Assembly: GCA_002633005.1 (NCBI GenBank)
Contig: NMRA01000028.1
Location: 542,183 to 606,182 of the forward strand
DNA: 64,000 bases
DNA from: Phoronis australis
Taxonomy: Eukaryota > Animalia > Phoronida
Reading direction: 5' to 3'
The notes under the pieces were generated by a model. That model was given only the letters and a program-made list of their open reading frames with translations. It was not told the DNA's origin and ran no database searches. A program made the translations under genes and the position numbers. Shown one piece after another: positions 1 to 13,200 of the stretch (position 1 is its first letter; each line of letters begins with the position of its first letter).

Positions 1-1817
1 AACTGTTGCCTCTGACTAGGTGCTTTCAAATGGTTTGCTATCGAATAGGGTTGCACATATGTTTTGTATACCATCTGAAATTGCAATTATTTCTCAGCCA
101 TTTTGTGTTGTGCTGACGGCAGCTGTGTGCATTGGTGTATAGTGCGTTTTAAGCTATGCTATCAAACTGTAACATTTTTATTTGATTTCCAGGGTTTTAT
201 GGGATTGAGAAAAATGTCAAGTTTCCCAGATTTTCTACAATAAAATTACGTCCCTTGGCAAAGTGTTTGTTTTATTCAGGTGGCAGTGAAATATTATGCA
301 GGTAGTCCTATCAATTTACCTTCATATGACCGACTAATGCAGACCAGAACGAAGGCGAAGTACTTTAGGGGGGAGAAAATAAGATTGCACCCTCCTCTGC
401 AAAACATCAGATTCCTTCCTATCGCCACAACTGTGCCCTCTCTTGTTTTCACCAAACTCGCCCACCACCCCCCTCCCTCCCGCCACGTGGGTGCGGATTT
501 TGCTGTTTGGAGGGGGAGGGGGTGTAAACCCCGTGTTTCAACAAAATTTCACGATAATAGATCACTTTTAGAACTGTACGTGCAATTTCTGTTCAATTTG
601 TTGTTCTAGTCGACTCTAAATTTTCACCTCCTTTGGGTGAACTTATGATAGGGACATGAATTCTGCAGGATTTTTGTGTGTAACGGAGGGTTCAAATACT
701 TTGGACCTGAGAGAAACTCGTAGGCTTAGTGTGTGCTGCGAAATACACAGAGAATTAGCGTATACAATGTTGTAGAAGGAATATCGATTGGGTGACTTCG
801 GTTATAACACATACTAGGCGTTGATGAAAGCGTGTGTTATCAAGCGAGAAGCAATTTTCCATACCAGTCCATTGGTACAATTATTCCGTGTTAAAGTCTA
901 TGCAGACTGACTAAGAATTACAATACATTAGCTACCTGCAGTGCACTAAACCCAGAGGTATTTATGGCCTTCACAACTTCCCACTACTCTGTGGTGGTGT
1001 TCTAAACAAATGCAAAATACTGAATAACCAAAAACGAAAGAAAACTGACCCAATATATCAATAGACGTTGAGTTACCCAATACTTTGATAACAATCGACA
1101 AATGATGTAAAAATACGACAAAAAACACATAAAAAGTACACAATGCATTGTGCAATACAACGCCGGAGTGCTCCGACATCTGCTGAGAACTAAGGAAGGT
1201 AAATTGCAATATGGTAAACAAAAATTCCTACGCCAACACAGAAAAACAATTTCCAATCTTACACTGTGCCGTTGTTGTCAAACTCTAAGTGAATAAACAG
1301 TTAACAATTAAAGCAGGTTATTGATCATGATTTTTTGATTAATTCAAAGAAAATTTACTTTAGATTTGAAAGATTTAACATAGCGTCTAAGTAAACGCCC
1401 TCGTTGAAATACTTTTGCATATCAAAAATCTGCATATAATAACTCATAGTTAGCATCATCGCCGAATAAGTTGTCAGTTGAAGTCACTGGTGTTGCGTCC
1501 ATGAAGTGTTTTATTGGGTCGCTGATGGTAGCGGAAATAAAACCCTCACATGATGAGAAATGCTATGAGACTGTCTTTATAAGAATAAAATGCCTAGTTC
1601 AGTTTTGGCGTTTTAGCTTGCTAGACGTTGAAATGCATCTTTAACATTAGAATTTAGACATAAGTTCCTCACATCACATGGAGCCTCCCTAAGAATCGTG
1701 TAATTTTCAAAGGATACCTGTGTTGCTACTATGCTGTATAATTAGGTACAAAACATCAGTGGCAGCTTTTATTTTAGAATAAAACACAACCCAGTGATTC
1801 AACGAGCTTAATAAATC

Positions 1818-1823
1818 TTTATT
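1818..1823 (-). terminator. Polyadenylation signal AATAAA of the prepropeptide gene
   Basis: tttatt on + strand, ~70 nt downstream of the TGA stop. Confidence 0.55.
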
Positions 1824-1891
1824 GAAATCGGAATTCTTGCAAACAAATTACATCCGCGTCCAGTAATTTTCCTCACTTTGATAACATTTCG

Positions 1892-4800
1892 TCATTGTCT
1901 GAAAAAAGATGAAAGTTTGTTGTAAGATCCAATAGTTGACATTACTGCAGCCCACATTGTCTCATCGTCATATGTAAATATGTAGACACGCGCTACGACG
2001 CAACATTCAGTTCAATTCGTTCATTTCTTAAAACATTTCGACCGCATTTGTAATATTCCTTACCAAGTCAGCTAAACGGGCAAGCGTGACATCCACTTTA
2101 ATCCACTCACCAAGAACTGTCATGACCATTCTGTGACGCAGTGAATATGTGTTTTAGTTGAATCTACTTTTATCGCTCAGTTGAGACGCCGATTTTAATT
2201 GCCAGTGATGAGACTTAAGATTGGATGAAATCATTAAACAAGAGTTTAGTTTTAAAGTCAGTTGTGCAAAACAAATATCAGCCAGACGTTAGTAAAAACA
2301 TCAAAATTACTAGTGAAAACACAAAAAACACAAATACTATCAAAGCGGCCTAGAACGTGAAAAACAGCCTAAATTGCAATATTCAAAGTAGTTTTCTCCA
2401 CTGAAACAAAAGTGAAACTGTTCACTAGGTATTTTTACGGTTTGTTCGTAGAGATGTCGAATTTCTGTTGATGTCAAATTTTCCTTTAGTTTCAAACTTC
2501 AAAAAAGAGAACGATCTGTCATATATACTATATCGAAATTGTGACCTTTGCTCTTTGAGGAGGACAAAACCATGGAGATTTCAAGCAGGAGCACGTCCGA
2601 CTTCTTTGACCCCGTGCGTGCATATTTATAATTGGGGGAGGAGAACTTGAAAACTGTATTGGGATGAAATAGTTTATATTTCGCCTGTGTTTCGAAAATA
2701 GTGAATCTGGCGATATTTCTAGAAACTCTTACTATATTTAAAGTGAATAACTCTCACGTTAGCATCTCCAAGAAATAGATTCCCCACGATCTGTATAAAA
2801 GATGTTTTTTAACGAATTAACAAATATATAAAAACAGTACCTCATACGCAGGACAAGAACTTGTACACAATTTGTTGTTTAAAGCGCTGTTAACAAACTC
2901 CGGTTTTTCGTATTTACGACTTTATGGCCAGTGCCAAAAGACTCTGATTTTCGTAAACAACTTGACAGCTACGAATTTTTAGCTTAAAAAGTTTAATCAT
3001 CAAGTCACCTGTTTACACGCTCCGATTGACTCTAAACAACAGTCGTCTTCGACTAATAAAAACGTGCAGACTAAGATACTGCAGTCCCAATTTTTCCAAG
3101 GAACGTTTTTAAAGAGATTGCTGGCCAGTCCCTGTGTTGTTTCTGATACGCGACTGAGTGAAATATTCTGAATATATTAGATGTTTCAGGCTATTAAAAA
3201 CACGATGTAATGACGTGGACTATGAATGTTTCCATTCACTATCGCGAAATAGAACCAAGTCTAAAAGAAATCTTGTGTCTTCGGTACACATCTAAATGTC
3301 AAGAAAATTAGGTACCAAAAAGATAACTTATTTTTAGTAGTTTACAATACATGAAATTCTGTTCGTCTCATTTGTTTCGCACATTTCTGAAATGCAGCGT
3401 TTCAATGAACGAAAACCCCGGTATACTATGTTTTTTAAGTTCATGCGCGGTGACCCTGGCACGGTACTTCAATGCCACTGGATAACGGCCTGTGTAGTGA
3501 CGCATTGTTTTGCGCACATTAACCAATCCAAGGCCACCATTATTCACATTGGTTTCGTCTTAGTAGACGGTACAGAATTAATTAAGTGAAACATAATTTA
3601 ACATTAACAAGCTAATAAAAGCAACCTCTTTTCCTGGTTCATGTCTTCCACTGTTAGTTGTTTCTGGAACTCTTCAGCATTGGACTCTGCACGCCGATCA
3701 ATTCTTGCACCCATTACATTTGCAGTAAAACCCTCCACTACACTGTAATACAAGTACCCAATATGGTCGAAAATTAGACAATCTGTTTAGTTTTGCTTAT
3801 AAAAATGTTCAACAAATATATATTACGAAAGTGCGTCAAGATTTCCTGATAAAGGTGTCTGTCACGTTTTCCCGTGAGGTGGATGGGCGCAGGTTGTTAC
3901 CGACCGGTGCTAATAGCTTTCGGTGCGACGATAGACTGAGGACAGGTTCGAGTTAATCACCTTATTAGCTTCGACAAGTCTACTCAAACAAAACGCCCGA
4001 CGTAATGTCAGTTCTAAGCTCCAGCCAGTGCTGGGAAGCCTTGACTTGCGATGAACTTCTGAGACACTTTCAGGTACTGTTATACTCATTGTTTCAATAA
4101 CCTGCTGTCTCTGTAGCTGGCTCTGTTTATTAATGCTGTAACTCCTGATTCTGTTTACTGCAACTCAACTATAACTTTCATCTCCAACTGTATCGAACTT
4201 ACTTGCCTTCAACTCTCTTGTAACTCTCCGCCACTAACCCATGTTTTGGCATTGATAGTATCTTAAAGTGTTCTGGAATATTTCATCAATTTAAGGACAT
4301 TCTAGAACTTTCCGGAATCTACCCAATCAATCTACAAACATACAATGCATACTAGGCTCTAGTGTGTTACAGACTAAATTAAGCACTAGCGTACTAGAAT
4401 CTTCTAGAATGTTCCTTGCCATTCTGTTCTAAACAACTTAGACAATCACTGTTCTGATCTCATGGGTCATGTTAATGAAGTGCAGTCTGCTAATGAACTA
4501 AGAAAGCAGTAACATAAAAATAAAACCTTTTTAACCAAGATCAGTATCAGTCCACTCCTGACAGTATCAAATGTTTTAGAAAATTCCATTAACTTTGACC
4601 AGAATTTTATAACAGCAAATTCCAGCATTGTGTTTCTGTAATTTCATTACAAATAGCTTATTCCCGATAAAGGCGTCGTTACTCCGTGAAATTAACTGAA
4701 ATCAAACATTTGGCCTATTAGTTTAAAACGCTTAAAATATCCGGTGGGCTCCCGCATTGCCTCAGTTATAGCTATTTGAGAAGAGTGTCGGACTACGGCC

Positions 4801-5490
4801 GCGGAGGTTGTGGTTTCGAGATCACTCATGACCAACCAAATAAGGCCCAGTGTCAGAGGATGACGTACTCGAATGGTATGATAAGTGATTGATTAAACAA
4901 TATGTTTCCAAGGTACGAGAGATGTTCCCTTTATCAGCCTATCAAGAAGTGGACGTAGGTTTTATTATTGTTAGAATTCTCACGTCGCAGTCGACAAACT
5001 CTCCACAGTTTAATAAAATCTTACCCACTCTACAGCAGTGTATTTTAAGTGAGGTTAACAAGTAAAGTCACCGGCCTTGATTTAAGCGACAATTGGCGAT
5101 TTGAAATGAAACCACAAAAATGAAACAGATTTAATTTTTTCATGGCTCTGATCAAAGCTAATTAACTACAAAACATCTGCTGTAGTACATACAGTAATGT
5201 CAAAATTGCGTTTTGGGCCGTAAAACGGATAAAGTTCCTTTAATGAACTATGTGCAAGTAAAAGATGAACTTTGGACCGTCTTAGACAACACGGGTCGTA
5301 GACCTCTAATAAAACAATCCCATAGATTTATAATTTGTATTTTAGATGGCAAGGAGGAAGGTGATGTCGTTTTAATTTTAAATATATTCTGCGATAATGA
5401 GTTCAATTACAATAATTATAGTAATACTTACTTTGTCGTAATCACAGAAGTAATAACCAACAAAGCGAAGAAAAATGCAGCAGTCTTCAT
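1892..5490 (-). CDS. Small secreted prepropeptide gene (60 aa, 3 coding exons): MKTAAFFFALLVITSVITTNVVEG-FTANVMGARID-RR-AESNAEEFQKQLTVEDMNQEKRQ
   Basis: Exons 5490-5432 (ATG, donor GTAAGT, phase 2), 3742-3626 (acceptor ttacag, donor GTTGCT, phase 2) and 1898-1892 (acceptor ttttttcag, TGA). Phases are consistent, there is a hydrophobic signal peptide, RR and KR dibasic sites, and AATAAA on the - strand at 1818-1823. Confidence 0.75.
3626..3742 (-). CDS. Prepropeptide coding exon 2 (VVEGFTANVMGARIDRRAESNAEEFQKQLTVEDMNQEK)
   Basis: 117-nt open exon with AG/GT borders, in phase with exons 1 and 3. Confidence 0.75.
3860..4563. mobile_element. Solo LTR (704 bp) in an intron of the prepropeptide gene
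   Basis: Termini TGTCA...TGACA; flanking 5-bp TSD GTGTC (3855-3859) / GTATC (4564-4568) with 1 mismatch; no internal ORF. Confidence 0.6.
4752..4835 (+). mobile_element. tRNA-derived SINE head (degenerate)
   Basis: A-box-like TGCCTCAGT, then AGAGTGTCGGACT and B-box-like GGTTTCGAG; no intact cloverleaf. Confidence 0.35.
5432..5490 (-). CDS. Prepropeptide coding exon 1 (signal peptide MKTAAFFFALLVITSVITT)
   Basis: Acceptor ttttctag 6 nt before the ATG (context gaagccATG); donor GTAAGT. Confidence 0.75.
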
Positions 5491-6243
5491 GGCTTCCTAG
5501 AAAATGAGACGGAAAGGAATTGGATTAGACACAAACACTCGTTATTTATGATTGTTCAGTCGTTCTTGTGATTGGTTAAAATTAAAAATTTCAATACTAA
5601 CCACGAAAGTGACCTTGAATGAATCTTTGAAATCTTCAAATTGATCCTTGTACAATTAAGATCAGGTTTTATAGATTTCAATATAGTGGTAATCGAGTAT
5701 CATAAGTATATTATTATAACGGCGACCGGGTTATAGTTTTATAACATATAAATAAAGTTCACACTGACGCACGCAAACTTATTATTCTAATCATTATATA
5801 ATATAATGTAATATATTTTATATTAATGAGTTGAATTTATTAAATTACCTGCAGGCCTACTGGTTATTAAGTTTGACAAAGACAGTTTCATATCCACGAA
5901 TACTCAGTACACGTAAACATTCGTTTGGGGTGGCGGAGGTGGACAGGAAGGTGGTGGGGGTAGTTTGGGTTGTGCCCCCTCCCAATAATGTTTACCCTCC
6001 TACAGACCATTATGGTATGTGTTAATTATAACACAAAGCGTATAATAAATAAGCATGATTTATTCGTTCTTATCCGATGTATTTCGAAATGAGTAACTTT
6101 TATGGGGGTGTATCATCGCCTGTGTACGCCTAAACAGATGATGTAACCGCCGACCCTATATAGACACATCAGTTTTCTGCCACCTGAATGTGTGCTCTTT
6201 GTTTGTAAATGTACTACTTTCTGTATAAAACGCACTCTTATAC

Positions 6244-6340
6244 CCCTCAGTCAAACTGAAGTTTGCGTGCCCACTCGACAGCCGATGTCGGCAGGTTCTG
6301 GAATTGACATACAAAGCAGAAAGGCGGTGTGTTTTATGTT
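6244..6340 (-). promoter_or_regulatory. Candidate core promoter and non-coding first exon of the prepropeptide gene
   Basis: On the - strand: CATAAAA (~6338-6332), an Inr-like TCAATT ~30 nt downstream, and a donor GTATAA at 6243. An upstream UTR exon is implied by the acceptor just before the ATG. Confidence 0.3.
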
Positions 6341-7796
6341 ATGAATAATGGGGTTGGATATGAGGTTCATAAGTTATTCCAGAGAAAAAAAATTCAAAGA
6401 AGAAAGATAAGTATATTAAAATATGTTAACAACATACAATGTCATCTTTTCACCGTCAATTTTGTCCATTCAAATAAAAAAACGTGCGCTCGTAGATTCT
6501 TGATAAATTCGCCGGGTATCGTGTGTTTTTGTTCATTTTTTATTTTCTCTATTTAGTGTCTTGTAAGCCCACTCAGGGCTGAGTTCCTTTATGGAAAGTT
6601 GACTTTTGCTATACTGTGGAACTTGTCACTCAGTCTGATCAATGACTAAAAATCTCTGCCAAACACCGCTATCCTAATTTAAACATTTAAAATTTCAGCA
6701 TACTGAAGTGATACACTCTATCACAGTGCTAAACGCAGTATAGGTGGCGCTGTGTCAGAGGGTAACTGAAGTGAAGCCAATGTTGTTGCTTTCCTAATAA
6801 ACAGAGTTCTGATGGATTTTAAATGAAACGTGAAACAAGAAAAACATTCGAAAATGTTCCACACATGCTACAAAAATGACATAGAGGCGAAGCGGATAAT
6901 TGCATCTCCGCCAGTGCGGCTTGTTCACTGACTTTTATCAGGGCAAGGACGTGGTCTTCGCCTCGTCGATCACTTCATAGCGTAGGTGCGGTCGTGCCCC
7001 ACAAATGACCTGGAGGTCAAGAGAGATCCATTGCTTTTGGTTCCCACTCACGTTCTACTACAATTGCGCCTCAACTCACTGCTCCCAACTACATAACGAT
7101 TAGCTCTTGCTATCCATTTTGGCGTCAGGCATTTTAATCAATACTTCTATGCCAGAGTTTCTGTCAACTGATCAGTAGACGTTATTTGGCCCGTGTCCAT
7201 CAGAATTGCTCAAGAAGCGTCGATTACGAGAGAGCATCTCTCGCATGTTCCCAGACCCGTGTCTGTTAGGCTCCTTGATGGCAGAGTTTTCAGAGGACAC
7301 TGACGTGGATCAGACAATTTGTCGTCGCTACGATCAACCTCCTGCCATTATATAACCACCTCATGTGGTTGTAGATCGGCATTCTGTGTGGTTCCATGAG
7401 CCCCAACTGTAGATATCGAATCACCTGGCTCTCTGTCTCCGATTATGTAGTGCGAAGTCCTTTTGGGGTCCTTTGTCACGTGACGGCTGGGTGCGCGTTA
7501 TTTCGTTCTGTTAAGGGTATCTTACAAGCCAGATGACATAGTTCTCTAGAGTTAGCCTTGCTCATATGGTTTAGTATTAAGGAACTGTTAATTTAGGGTA
7601 GACCTTGCTTGAGTTTTTTCCAATTAGGCCTGCGTTTCCACTAGAGGGGATGAATGCTATAGTCTGGTATAGTTCACTATATATGTATTGAATGAGCACA
7701 AATACAAACGTCTCGATGAACTAAAAACCCTTAATGAAAGGAATGTAATTTATCAGTTAAAAAATTACCATTTAATCATATTTCTTTTCACTGTAG

Positions 7797-7936
7797 TGTC
7801 GTTAATGCTTTTACTGCTGGCGGAGGTGGTAATGTCCTTGGTGAGCAAATCTTGCTCGGACTGAGTGCAGAGGCCGACGTAGAGTCACTGATTACTGCTT
7901 TAAAAGCAGACGATCTGAACGTAAACACGAGAGGAG
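7797..7936 (+). CDS. Paralogous prepropeptide exon or pseudo-exon (VVNAFTAGGGGNVLGEQILLGLSAEADVESLITALKADDLNVNTRG)
   Basis: Strong acceptor tttcttttcactgtag with the same phase-2 start as exon 3742-3626. Aligns VVxxFTA..NVxG...AE....E.....L..(E/D)D(M/L)N. Possible donors GTGAGC (7841) or GTTGTA/GTAAGC (7937/7940). No intact signal-peptide exon found. Confidence 0.55.
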
Positions 7937-9929
7937 GTTGTAAGCATATGCTTTTTTAAGACATAAAGTAATTGTAACTAGCGACTGGTCTCGTGCATGG
8001 TACCCCGATCATTCTGAAGGGAAACTGTTAGATTCGCCGCTCAAAGGCCTAGTCATTTCTGGCCAGTGATAATCAGTGCATCCAGTATTGTAAAAGGAAC
8101 CTTTGTTAAACGAACAAGTTTCTTATTGCTAACTAAGATCAAGTTGGCTTGAAACGACAGGTTGGCGCAGGACATGCTTTCTAACAATTAACTGTACAGC
8201 TGTTTCCAAACTTACAGTAGAAATAGTAGTTCACTACCCGAATAAAGCTCGAGTTCAGGTATTTTTGATAACTGTTGGCTCGATTCTATGTTAATCACTG
8301 CTTCATGGCAAGAAGATAGACTTTTTCGCATTACATGTAGCCTATACCAGACGTTTTATCACAATAAGGGTGACAGCACTGCAAAAAAATGGGATATACT
8401 TCTATGGACTACGAATACTGATGTGCCGTAGGATAGTTAGGTTGACCTTAGTATGAAAACCCCACTTGCCATCATGGAATTGGGCTTAAATGATCAGTGG
8501 AAGGTTTATCACGACTGAAGGAACTGAAAGTTCATAAGTGGTCTAAATCAAAAGTTTAAGTGTCTTCTTGGACGGCCCAACGCGAGGTTATAGCGGCTTT
8601 AATATAAAATTGTGAGAACGCGAGGAAAATCTCGTTTTTATTGGGGTATCAGGGGTTCCTGGAGTGTCATTCAGTTTCAATTATGGCATTACTACGATCT
8701 GGTAATGCCTTCCTGATTATACCTGCCAACATTACCTGTGTTATTAGTTACTCCCATTCAGCAAGTAAAGATGCACTTTTAATAGTTTACGCAGTAATAA
8801 ATTCAACTGTATTCGGCATACTTTAAAGTTATGTTGTATTTCAAGTAAAAAGCGTGCTTGTATAGATATCTGGGACAAATACCTCAGTAAATGTCACTAT
8901 CATGATTCACACATCGGAAAAGGTTTTTTTAATCCGGTTCAGTAAACAAGGTATTCGCCGCCGTGATTTGAAAAGAAAAATTGCATTTTAACCGACACCT
9001 TAGTTGTCAGTGATTTAAAAAACCTTTATTTTTTCTAAAGGCTAGCTGACTGTATAAAAAAATGAAAGGAAATGTTCGACACAACAAATGAAAGCCCTTC
9101 AAGTGTCAGTCAGTGAGTGAACTTAAGCATCACAAAAACTCCTGAACGGTATCCGAGAATAATTCAATCTTGCATAGACCCTCTGAAACAATTTTCTTGC
9201 TCATATAGTTTAAAATGTTTTGGTATGGCATAACACTTCTATGGCGGACTTGTTAAAGTTACTAATGGAAACCTGAGACAACTTAGGAAAATGACTCATG
9301 AACTCAGTTTACTTTTGACAAAATCTGGATAGAAACGGCCTTCGGTCATTGGCCTTCAGTTACTGCATTTGCCGAGTTGTTTCACACTGAACGAATTCCC
9401 GGAACATCTTAAATTTAGTTTCGCGGACGCCGACAACTTGAAATCACATCCCTGCGGCAAACATTCGGAATCTCTTCAAGTACCGGTATTTCAGAATGTA
9501 AACATAGCCAGAACTGGTCAGTTTGCCGCAACTTCGAGTGTTACTCAACTATTGCTGACTGTGGCTGACTACGTCCGGCGGCGTCACCCAGCGTGTTCTA
9601 TCACATTAACCGAGTCGGTTTATTCTCTAAGTCTAACCTTTCAAGTTTCTTTATTTCAGCATAAAGACAATAGATGTCTATGATTTTGCAGTCAACGTAG
9701 TACAGTACAGGCCTATAGGCTACCGGCGTTCTATAGTCGGGGGCTTATAAGGTGCTGGGGATCTCAGCATGTTGCACATATTTGGATGGGATTAAATAAA
9801 GCGAGGTGCATTCTCAAAGTTCGAACGTTAATTCAAGATTTAAGTTATGAAAGTAACATGGCCATTTTTAATTATGTCAACTGACTCGACAACGCAAGCG
9901 GCAAACAAGAGCGTGAAATATTTTGGTAC

Positions 9930-9975
9930 CCACAGATGACGCTGTCGTCAGTCACTTCCTCATTTGGTTCCGCTT
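9930..9975 (+). promoter_or_regulatory. Putative promoter of the BAR-domain gene
   Basis: CpG-richer stretch with TGACG/CGTCA half-CRE sites and an ETS-like CACTTCCT ~100 bp upstream of ATG 10060. Confidence 0.3.
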
Positions 9976-10059
9976 CTGATTCACGAGCAGTGTGTATGTT
10001 GTGATCGATCACATGTTTCGGTTTACTTCGATCTGTGTGTTAGCGTCAGTTGTTCAGTT

Positions 10060-10240
10060 ATGGCAGATCACCGTAAGACAGCCGCAGCCAACAAGTTCTC
10101 ACTTGGACTTGTTTTACCTGGTTTAAAAAAGGCGGTTAAGAACTTGTCGACTGGAGGACACACCGAACTGGGCAACGTTTTGTTTGACCAGAAGGTTGTC
10201 ATACACAATCACAACAAAACTGTTTTGTCAAAACTTCAAG
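10060..10240 (+). CDS. BAR gene exon 1 (MADHRK...VLSKLQ)
   Basis: ATG at 10060, donor GTTTGT at 10241, phase 1. Confidence 0.8.
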
Positions 10241-13200
10241 GTTTGTAACTACTGACTGTCTAAGACTAAAACAAAGTGCTGTGAAACATTTCTGCAGTCT
10301 GTCTTTAAACTCTGTTGTAGCAGTGGCCTGAGATTTTCTGGGTTAACTAGATTGAGCTCTAATTTAAGTTATCAGTTAGGTTCGAGTTATGAAGACTTTC
10401 ATGGACCCTGATTTAGAGAATCAGGCAATCAATGAATAATGCCTGCTATTTAGTGGATGAAACTGGTTCTCTAAGTCAGGTTATTGTATTAAGACATGAA
10501 ATTGTCTCTTCTTAGCAATAGAGACTGTGGCCATCCCAGTAGGCCCTATGCCGGAAGTTTTTTGATGAACTATGATGTCTCAAACGATTAAACCATCAAA
10601 GTCACGTTGCTATTACTTTTTTGCGCATAGAAAGACACCTTGGCTTAGGAGGCCATCAATGTCTTTAATTCATTCCAACTCCAACAAATACTCTTGTAAT
10701 CAAACTTTCTTTTTTGTGAGCATTCCTTCATTCAGTTTCCTAAATCGGAAACTGGAATTTTTACACTGCTTGCACCAGGGTTACATGCCCTGGCACGAGC
10801 AGTGTGGTATGCGTCTCGGAATTTTGTGGGTTTCAACTTAGTTGGGCGCCAATGTTGATAAAGGCTGTAATATTATTGTGGTTTGTACTGGAACTACACT
10901 TACCTTATATGACACAATTCGTTAGAATGGTTTATTATGTAACTCTTGCCAAACTTGTGCATTGCAAAAACATGTTGTGCAGTAGTTAGTCAGTGTGCAA
11001 TAATGTAGTGTTCAAGTAAAGACGTCTTCTTCACTGACCTCTCTCCACACGACATTACATGGTGTCAGGAGTTGGCGATTTTTTGTTCAGTTGTTGCTTA
11101 GTGTTCTAAACAATGGCTGCTATAGCTAGACTTGAGCCTGCTGGAACCATTTGTACAGTTGGAGACTGACAAAACAGGAGAAAGTTGGAGTCAGTGGCGG
11201 CAGAGATTTGACATTAACCTGATCGCGAGCGGACTCGAGGATGCATCAGATAAACAGAAAGTTAACATTTTACTTCACCTCCTTGGAGCAGATGGTGTCA
11301 AATTGTTTAATGCATTTGATTTGTCACCATAAGACAGGTACTGACACGTTTTGACGAACAGTGGCCATAAGAAATACTGCAATATTCGCCAACAAGCATA
11401 TTTGGAACACAACCAGAAGGCCGGTGAGTCGCTATGGCTTTTGTAGCCGATCTACAGCATCGCGCAAAGGGATGTGACTATGGTGACAGAGTACACATTT
11501 GTGACAGAATTGTCAATGGTGTCCGCGACAGTCACATCAAGTTGAAACTTCTAGACTTTGAAGTAAATGACTACTCTTCGGAGAATGTCATTAAAATTTG
11601 TCGCGCAAGTGAACTGTCTTAACAGCACCTAAAAAACCTATCAGCGAAGGACAATGTTTGTCACACAAGGCACAAGATGTTGTGTAAAAAATGCATGAGA
11701 ATGCGTTAAGAGGACAACTGTCCTGCTAGAGGCAAAACATGTCACGTTTGTGGCAGTTTTGGCCATTTTGCGAACTCGAAAATTTGCAAAGTACAACAGA
11801 GATCGCTGCAACAGCAAAACCATTATCAACAACAGAGAAGAGAACAAGCTAGAGGGCGTCAAAGAGGAAATCGTGGTTGGAATCACTGAGGACACACAAA
11901 TGTTCACAGAACAGAAAAGGACGAAATGGCAAATATGATGGAACAATGCAGTATTGAGATGTGTTCGGGATAAATCCAAATTTTGCATATGTACAAATTC
12001 TGATGATTGGAATGTCACAGTCGGTAAGTCACGCTTATTCTTAGCAATTGATACGTTTGCAGATTGCAATGTACTGCCACTAGCTACAGTGAGGAAGTTA
12101 GGTAGGTAACACCTGTTGAAACAAAGCAATGTTATGATTATTCATGACAAATCATAGAAAGCGTATGGTAAAACTGTATTGCCAGCTGTTTATAATAATA
12201 AGACACATGCTAGAGTTTCTTGTACTGGACAACAGGAAACAAGTAGATTTGTTATGTCGTGATGACAGTATGAAATTAAATGTTGTCCAGAGAGTGTTTG
12301 AAGTTGACTCTCAGAAAAAAAAGCAAATCACAACTGTTTTGTAAGAAAATACAGTGATGTGTTTGAAGAAACAATTGAGTGTATTCCAGCGGAATGCAAT
12401 ATTCAGGTAGATTTGTCTATACCGCCAGTAGTAGTTCACACTCCCAGCTTAGTTCCCGCTGGTATCAGAGAGCAGATAAAAGTGGAATTAGACCATTTAG
12501 AAAGGTGTGGCATTATCGCGAAGGTCACTGAGCCAACACCTTGGATGTCTCCATTAGTATGTGTTCGGAAATGCAAGAATAGAGTCAGGTTGTGTATTGA
12601 TCCCTCTAGCTTAAATAAGGCTATTTTGTGTAAACACCATCCGATGAGTTCAATTGATGATATTGTAACCAGATAACATGGGAGTAAAATTTTCAGTGTA
12701 CTTGATGAAAACATGGTTTACTACCAAATCAGGCTTTGTGACCAAAGTTCTTACTATACAGCATTTAATACCCCATTTGGGCGATACAGACATCTTAGGT
12801 TGCCAGTGGGCTTGAAAAGTTCCCCAGAAATTTATCAAAGGGCTATGCAAAGTATGTTTGGTCACATTTCGGGAGTGAAAGTTGTGATGGAAGATATTCT
12901 AATTCATGGCAAAACACCTCAAGAGCATGAACGGCTCACAGCTGTACTTGAGATAGCCAGAAAACAAGGGCTAAAATTGAATCTAAATTTAAGACTAAGA
13001 TTAGTCAATCCCAAATTTGTTAGTGGGGGCGGCGCACCATAGGGGGCTGGGGGGGGGCTATAGCCCCCACTTTTTTTAGTGCTATGCCGAACATGGTCTC
13101 TAGGCGGTGAACCACGGGTTGCTGAGGGGGCTTTAGCCCTCCCCCACTTTTTTCAGTGCTGCTCCACCCATGTACGGGGTCATGTTTTGACTGCTGATGG

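Noticed and set aside
4551-4563. CCACTCCTGACA as a tRNA-Leu fragment or second PBS
   Set aside because: It coincides with the solo-LTR terminus, lacks the CCA, and has no adjacent internal sequence; likely coincidental.
4752-4835. Functional tRNA gene
   Set aside because: Degenerate A and B boxes and no complete stems; better explained as a SINE head.
6890-7500. GC-richer stretch resembling decayed retroelement coding sequence
   Set aside because: No frame I checked gave a recognisable motif, so it cannot be classified by eye.
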